A DNA stretch of 12,331 nucleotides, taken from the IMG/VR virus record IMGVR_UViG_2675903368_000015; one strand, given 5' to 3'. Shown in pieces: positions 7,772-12,331 of this stretch. The translations under genes were made by a program, and so were the position numbers. Source of the DNA: a virus (lineage: Duplodnaviria > Heunggongvirae > Uroviricota > Caudoviricetes). Position 1 is the first letter of the stretch, and each line of letters begins with the position of its first letter. Under the pieces are notes generated by a model. The model saw nothing but the letters and a program-made list of their open reading frames with translations, did not search any database and was not told the origin of the DNA.

Positions 7772-8794
7772 TTAATACGCATTTAATTTAAATTTGTATT
7801 TGCCTTCTATGTAATGGATAAATTCAATTATGCTTTTTTCTATCGCATCTAATATATGAATATATCCATCCCGATTTAAGGTCCTATCCAACTCAAAGTG
7901 ATGAACTATCCCATGTCTATATTGTATGATTTCAGAAATTCGATTCTCAAGAAAATCAACTGATTTTCCAATTCTTTTTTTCTTATAAAGAATCGCTCTC
8001 ACATCTATATCCAGCCACTCTTTATATGCTTTGTTTAGGTGGGTTAAGTTTTGAAAAGTGTAATTTCTTGCAATAACACTTTCTATTGAAATATTTCCTT
8101 TCTCTATCTCAAGCAGAATATCAAAATCAACTTTTTGCTTATACGATGTTCTTTTTGCTATTGCGAAAGGATCGTACTTTATAAGTATTTGAAAAGCTCT
8201 AGAGAAAAAGTATTCAAACATAGCAACCGCAAAAGGTACTAATCCATTATATATAACTCTACTGGGATCCATACATTGCATGTAATCAAAGTATTCGGAT
8301 AAACCGCCATCTTCCGGTAGGTTTAATTTAATAGAAGGTTCAGGTAAGGCATGTTTAACAGCGGAAATCTCATGATGGACATGATTAAATATTGAAGAAA
8401 TGCCACGACTGATCGGACTACTAGAATCCTTCCATAGAGGAGCGTACCTATTTTTCCCATAATCACCTATAAGTGTTCCACCAAAAAGACTCCTTGCGCC
8501 TTTTAGAACATCATTAAGCATTTTTACATCATGCCAACTAGCGCTATATAAATTACGCACATGCAATGCCCATTTATTACCAGATATGTGTAATTCGTCA
8601 TTTGAAACAGGATATATATCAGCCGAAACTCCATCTGTAGATTTGAAGTCCGTATCATCAAACCAAGAGTAATTCAACGTTCCTTGGGGCCATTCCCTCA
8701 AATGTTTACACCTTTTAAAACCTAAATTTTCAAGGTAATTTTTAAGTTCGTTTCTAGTTGCTTTTTTAGGGTACAGCGTTATATCTCTTCCCAT
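7772..8794 (-). CDS. Hypothetical protein, 340 aa, AT-rich inserted gene between D and ogr; function unknown
   Basis: Long uninterrupted ORF on the strand opposite D and ogr; AGGTG RBS about 8 nt upstream of the ATG at 8794; base composition visibly AT-rich compared with the flanking tail genes. No family recognised by eye; contains RHGIVHH near the C-terminus. Confidence 0.75.
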   Translation of the reverse strand: MGRDITLYPKKATRNELKNYLENLGFKRCKHLREWPQGTLNYSWFDDTDFKSTDGVSADIYPVSNDELHISGNKWALHVRNLYSASWHDVKMLNDVLKGARSLFGGTLIGDYGKNRYAPLWKDSSSPISRGISSIFNHVHHEISAVKHALPEPSIKLNLPEDGGLSEYFDYMQCMDPSRVIYNGLVPFAVAMFEYFFSRAFQILIKYDPFAIAKRTSYKQKVDFDILLEIEKGNISIESVIARNYTFQNLTHLNKAYKEWLDIDVRAILYKKKRIGKSVDFLENRISEIIQYRHGIVHHFELDRTLNRDGYIHILDAIEKSIIEFIHYIEGKYKFKLNAY

Positions 8795-8926
8795 GCTTTA
8801 TTCACCTGATATACAATATTTTAAATTTTAACTATTATGAACGTATGAATTTTCACATTGGATGTATGGAAGTTCAACAACTATTGAAAGTTCAATTTTC
8901 ACTCTTCGCACAGAGCGAGCTGTTAG

Positions 8927-8955
8927 TTGGAATTAGGGATCGTACAATCTAGAAT
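8927..8955 (+). promoter_or_regulatory. Candidate sigma70 promoter for ogr (TTGGAA-N17-TAGAAT)
   Basis: -35-like TTGGAA at 8927..8932, 17-nt spacer, -10-like TAGAAT at 8950..8955, about 30 nt upstream of the ogr start. Confidence 0.35.
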
Positions 8956-8985
8956 AGCGGCAACACCACGTTAAGGGAGGTCGCT

Positions 8986-9246
8986 ATGTTCCGTTGTCCG
9001 CTTTGTGGCGCATCTGCCCGTATCCGCACAAGTCGTCCGGAAAATGATTCAAACACCGTGCGGCAAAAGTATTACCAGTGTAACAATCTGGAATGCGGCG
9101 TATGCTTCTCAACACTGGAAGCTTTCCATAAATTCACATCGAAACACGCCTCCGGCGTTCACTCTTCAGAAGGTATCCCGTGGCATGAGCTACCAGCTTC
9201 ACACAGGGGAAACAATCAGATGAGTTTGCCTTTACCTCAGAATTAA
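8986..9246 (+). CDS. ogr: Ogr/Delta-family zinc-finger late transcription activator
   Basis: 86-aa product MFRCPLCGASARIRTSRPENDSNTVRQKYYQCNNLECGVCF... with the Cys-X2-Cys ... Cys-X4-Cys pattern and overall similarity to P2 Ogr (MFHCPLC...ARTSR...YHQCQN..C...F...); AAGGGAGG RBS 5 nt upstream. Confidence 0.8.
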   Translation: MFRCPLCGASARIRTSRPENDSNTVRQKYYQCNNLECGVCFSTLEAFHKFTSKHASGVHSSEGIPWHELPASHRGNNQMSLPLPQN

Positions 9247-9436
9247 CAAGCAGAATTGCCGGAGTAACAAAAAAGCGATAGATTACGCGCGGGTGCCTTT
9301 CGGCTGATGGTCGGAGGGAATACCCGAAGGCCAGATGTGGAAAGGCCCCGGAAAACACTTTTGTTTAACCGAGGCCCTAACCGTCTACCCTAAGCAAGTG
9401 AAAGGTTAGCGCCTCTCCGGAAAAGGAGCAAGTGCT

Positions 9437-9577
9437 ATGTCGCAAAAATCGCTTACAGCCATCACGTTCTGCGTGACGGTAATCCTCATCATCTGGATGT
9501 TGCACGGTTCGCTGTGCGAAATACGGATGAGTTTCTGGGGAGCGGAGTTTGCGGCGTTCTTACAGTGTAAGCAGTAA
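9437..9577 (+). CDS. Hok/Gef-family type I toxin-like small membrane protein (46 aa), not in the supplied ORF track
   Basis: Hand-translated: MSQKSLTAITFCVTVILIIWMLHGSLCEIRMSFWGAEFAAFLQCKQ. One hydrophobic helix followed by SLCEIR and AAF, as in plasmid R1 Hok (...[27 protein letters not shown]). AAGGAG RBS 8 nt upstream. Confidence 0.6.
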   Translation: MSQKSLTAITFCVTVILIIWMLHGSLCEIRMSFWGAEFAAFLQCKQ

Positions 9578-9586
9578 GGAAACCGC

Positions 9587-9608
9587 GACGGGGGAGTAAT
9601 CCCCCGTC
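9587..9608 (+). other. Perfect 9-bp stem-loop (gacggggga gtaa tcccccgtc) just 3' of the hok-like ORF
   Basis: Perfect inverted repeat with a 4-nt loop and no following U tract; could be a 3' mRNA fold-back or stability element as in hok mRNAs, or a Rho-dependent stop. Confidence 0.4.
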
Positions 9609-9658
9609 AATCGGTTGCCAGGGTAAGGTCGATAAGGCACCCTATCTCACGGCTCTAA

Positions 9659-9694
9659 ATGCAAAAATTCCATGAAACTGTGGGATTTTTGCAT
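9659..9694. repeat. Perfect 10-bp inverted repeat ATGCAAAAAT-N16-ATTTTTGCAT
   Basis: Arms at 9659..9668 and 9685..9694 are exact reverse complements; lies in the intergenic region upstream of the two-gene cassette. Confidence 0.5.
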
Positions 9695-9749
9695 CACTAC
9701 TGATACAGATCTGCCCTTCTATATGTCTCACTCTATACCAGCTAATCAA

Positions 9750-9778
9750 TTGACACTTATCAATAAAAAAAATCTGAT
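9750..9778 (+). promoter_or_regulatory. Weak candidate promoter for the downstream cassette (TTGACA-N17-TCTGAT)
   Basis: Perfect -35 hexamer TTGACA at 9750..9755, but the best -10 at 17-nt spacing (TCTGAT) is poor; AT-rich context with an A8 tract. Confidence 0.2.
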
Positions 9779-9837
9779 AAAATCAAAATGTTTTGTAACA
9801 AATATCAACTCGTATTGATCCAAAGGAGGCGGATTAC

Positions 9838-10170
9838 ATGGCATTAATCAAATGTCCTGAATGCCAGAAAGAGGTGAGCGATTCAGCATTGTATTGCCCT
9901 GCTTGCGGTAAACAAATAAAAAAACTTAAGCGTTCATTTTTTGGAAAGCTCATTAAGTGGATATTTATATTATTTAATATTTTTATGATCTATACGCTTT
10001 TAGTTGGACTGGGAGGCACTAGTGAAATAATAAATAATGCTACATCCGATGCCGAAAAAGCCGGTGCAGTTATTGGTACAGGCTTAGGTTTAATTACCAT
10101 TGGAAGTTTATGGGTTATTGGCGATATCATTATCGGAATTTTAGTATTTCTTACTAAACCAAAAGGATAA
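9838..10170 (+). CDS. Small membrane protein with N-terminal zinc-ribbon (CPEC...CPAC) and two predicted transmembrane helices
   Basis: 110-aa product; N-terminal CPECQKEVSDSALYCPACGK, then two long hydrophobic segments (LIKWIFILFNIFMIYTLLVGLG and AVIGTGLGLITIGSLWVIGDIIIGILVFL); AAAGGAGG RBS 8 nt upstream; AT-rich. Confidence 0.7.
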   Translation: MALIKCPECQKEVSDSALYCPACGKQIKKLKRSFFGKLIKWIFILFNIFMIYTLLVGLGGTSEIINNATSDAEKAGAVIGTGLGLITIGSLWVIGDIIIGILVFLTKPKG

Positions 10171-10174
10171 CAAA

Positions 10175-11068
10175 ATGAAAAATATAATTTTTTCTATAGG
10201 TGCATCATTTATATCAATTAGTGTACTGCCTGTTCACGCAGCAACTGAACATAATAACTTCAATGCAGTACTCCAGTGCCGAGCAATAGAAAATAATAAA
10301 GACAGACTTTCTTGTTACGATAAGTCAATACAACCGACTCGAACGAAAGTTGCTGAAAAATTCGAAAGCAGAGATCAATGCCCTGATGAGAAAGATGATG
10401 ACAGACGTTTATCTTGTTATGATCGTTTTTTTTCTCCAACATTTACTCCATCTGTAAACTCAAAATCTAAAACGGAAAAGCCAGTAACAACAGAGGCTCA
10501 GCAACCAAATCTTTCTGAGATATCTAAATGCCGAGCAGAAAATGATAAAGAAGCCAGACTAAACTGCTACGATAAACTATTCCCACAGGATAAAGCTGTT
10601 CAAGCTGAATCAAAATTAGAGAAAGCCACAGATGTAGGAAAATGGCACACATCCATTACTACATCGCCAATTGATGATTCGAAAAATGTAATTTTATCGT
10701 TAGAAAGTGATGATTATATCAGAACTCCATTTGGAGAAGCGGTTACTCCCACTCTGTTTATAGCTTGCCGAGAAAAGAAAACCGAAGTATTTCTTAGTTG
10801 GGATGTATATTTAGGCCTTGAACAAACCAGCATGCTTTATCGTCTTGATAAACAGAAAGCAGTTGAGCGAAACTGGCTAGTATCTACAGATACAAAGGCT
10901 GTTTTTTATAAAGGTAATGACATTGATTTCATCCGAAAACTAGCCAACTCAAACAAAATGTATACAAAAATAACTCCTTATAATGAGAGCCCTGTAAGTG
11001 CAACTTTCAATTTAAACGGCCTGTCAAACGCGCTAAAACCACTTCAAGCTGCTTGTAACTGGAAATAG
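10175..11068 (+). CDS. Secreted protein with three tandem Cys-pair repeats and a C-terminal domain of unknown function
   Basis: 297-aa product; start is 4 nt after the upstream stop, with an AAAAGGA RBS (operon-like); N-terminal signal peptide MKNIIFSIGASFISISVLPVHA with AXA-type cleavage site and no lipobox; three repeats of C-x9-RL-x-CYD (CRAIENNKDRLSCYD, CPDEKDDDRRLSCYD, CRAENDKEARLNCYD); C-terminal Cys pair (IACREK ... AACNWK). Confidence 0.75.
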   Translation: MKNIIFSIGASFISISVLPVHAATEHNNFNAVLQCRAIENNKDRLSCYDKSIQPTRTKVAEKFESRDQCPDEKDDDRRLSCYDRFFSPTFTPSVNSKSKTEKPVTTEAQQPNLSEISKCRAENDKEARLNCYDKLFPQDKAVQAESKLEKATDVGKWHTSITTSPIDDSKNVILSLESDDYIRTPFGEAVTPTLFIACREKKTEVFLSWDVYLGLEQTSMLYRLDKQKAVERNWLVSTDTKAVFYKGNDIDFIRKLANSNKMYTKITPYNESPVSATFNLNGLSNALKPLQAACNWK

Positions 11069-11095
11069 CATAAATCATGTGGCTTAGCCACAATC

Positions 11096-11139
11096 ACAGA
11101 TAACACAAAGCCCGTGAAAACGGGCTTTGTGTTATCTGT
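11096..11139. repeat. Perfect 19-bp inverted repeat (acagataacacaaagcccg / cgggctttgtgttatctgt) with a 6-nt loop; possible bidirectional terminator or protein-binding site
   Basis: Arms at 11096..11114 and 11121..11139 are exact reverse complements; no U tract on either side. Immediately preceded by a second small palindrome GTGGCTtAGCCAC (11079..11091). Confidence 0.5.
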
Positions 11140-11279
11140 AACTCGAAAATGTGGTCACTACGTGGACACGTGCTGATATAAATCCTTTTATATCAATAAA
11201 TTAAATCATCATTTTTTTCATCAACAAGGATTTTCACGTTTGTGTTACCTGTATGAGACGAGAGTTAACCAGACAAGTG

Positions 11280-11288
11280 TGCCATAAT
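11280..11288 (+). promoter_or_regulatory. Candidate extended -10 element (TGcCATAAT) for flk
   Basis: TG at 11280..11281 and CATAAT at 11283..11288, about 47 nt upstream of the flk ATG; no convincing -35. Confidence 0.3.
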
Positions 11289-11335
11289 CTCGCGGCCAGG
11301 CATACTTGCGAAGATTTCAGGTATAAGGATACGTA

Positions 11336-12331
11336 ATGATACAACCTATTTCCGGTCCTCCTCCTGGGCAACCACCAGGTCAGGGAGATAACCTGCCGTC
11401 TGGCGCAGGCAATCAGCCTTTATCCAGTCAGCAACGTACTTCGCTGGAAAGCTTAATGACGAAAGTGACCTCACTGACGCAACAACAAAGAGCAGAACTG
11501 TGGGCGGGTATCAGGCACGATATTGGTCTGTCGGGAGATTCACCGCTGCTTTCGCATCACTTCCCTGCCGCTGAGCATAATCTGGCGCAACGTCTGTTGG
11601 CCGCGCAAAAAAGCCATTCTGCCCGCCAGCTTTTAGCGCAATTAGGGGAGTATTTACGTCTGGGGAATAATCGTCAGGCGGTCACGGATTATATCCGTCA
11701 TAACTTTGGTCAGACGCCGCTGAATCAGCTCTCACCGGAGCAATTAAAAACCATTCTCACCCTGTTGCAGGAAGGGAAGATGGTTATTCCGCAACCACAG
11801 CAGCGCGAGGCGACCGACCGTCCTTTATTACCGGCGGAGCACAATGCGCTCAAACAGCTGGTGACCAAACTTGCGGCAGCAACGGGGGAACCCAGCAAAC
11901 AGATCTGGCAATCGATGCTGGAACTTTCCGGGGTGAAAGATGGCGAGTTAATTCCAGCGAAACTGTTTAACCATCTGGTGACCTGGCTACAGGCGCGTCA
12001 GACGCTAAGCCAGCAAAATACGCCGACACTGGAATCACTACAGATGGCGCTAAAACAACCTTTAGATGCCAGTGAACTGGCGGCGTTATCGGCATATATC
12101 CAGCAAAAATATGGCCTTTCTGCGCAATCATCGCTTTCTTCTGCCCAGGCCGAGGATATTCTTAACCAGCTTTATCAACGGCGGGTTAAAGGGATTGAGC
12201 CGCGTGATATGCAACCGCTGCTTAATCCTTTTCCACCGATGATGGACACGTTGCAAAATATGGCAACGCGTCCCGCGCTGTGGATACTGTTAGTCGCGAT
12301 TATCCTGATTCTGGTCTGGCTGGTTCGTTAA
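11336..12331 (+). CDS. flk: Flagellar regulator Flk (C-terminally membrane-anchored)
   Basis: 331-aa product beginning MIQPISGPPPGQPPGQGDN..., Gln-rich, ending in a hydrophobic anchor RPALWILLVAIILILVWLVR; matches my recollection of E. coli Flk; AAGGA RBS 7 nt upstream. Confidence 0.7.
   Translation: MIQPISGPPPGQPPGQGDNLPSGAGNQPLSSQQRTSLESLMTKVTSLTQQQRAELWAGIRHDIGLSGDSPLLSHHFPAAEHNLAQRLLAAQKSHSARQLLAQLGEYLRLGNNRQAVTDYIRHNFGQTPLNQLSPEQLKTILTLLQEGKMVIPQPQQREATDRPLLPAEHNALKQLVTKLAAATGEPSKQIWQSMLELSGVKDGELIPAKLFNHLVTWLQARQTLSQQNTPTLESLQMALKQPLDASELAALSAYIQQKYGLSAQSSLSSAQAEDILNQLYQRRVKGIEPRDMQPLLNPFPPMMDTLQNMATRPALWILLVAIILILVWLVR

Noticed and set aside
7772-8794. Walker A-like stretch (GGTLIGDYGKN) in the 340-aa protein
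   Set aside because: Spacing does not fit GxxxxGK[ST]; not a P-loop.
9005-9358. ORFs 9005..9223 (plus) and 9134..9358 (minus) overlapping ogr
   Set aside because: Alternative-frame and antisense reads of the ogr gene; ogr has the RBS and the recognisable zinc-finger product.
9394-9568. mok-like reading frame overlapping the hok-like ORF
   Set aside because: A frame is open across the toxin ORF, as expected for mok, but I found no ATG, GTG or TTG start with an RBS in it, so I do not annotate it.
1-12331. CRISPR arrays, tRNA or rRNA genes, integrase gene
   Set aside because: No regularly spaced direct repeats, no cloverleaf-compatible tRNA-like segment, and no integrase-like ORF were seen anywhere in the window.

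Overview
This window reads as an enterobacterial (E. coli-like) chromosomal segment carrying a rearranged P2-like prophage remnant. From left to right: a 5'-truncated IS1 (insA, insB, A6C frameshift site); a P2-type tail block on the minus strand (FI sheath, FII tube, E/E' chaperone pair, T tape measure, U); a gpD-like gene on the plus strand, divergent from FI rather than downstream of U; a visibly AT-rich single-gene insertion (340 aa, unknown function) between D and ogr; an ogr-type zinc-finger late activator; a small Hok-like toxin ORF missing from the ORF track; an AT-rich two-gene cassette (zinc-ribbon membrane protein plus secreted Cys-repeat protein); and a gene I recognise as flk. No CRISPR array, tRNA or rRNA was seen. 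The best candidates for an undescribed system are the 340-aa D-ogr insertion and the two-gene cassette. All family assignments rest on reading the translations and on recalled sequences, not on any search.
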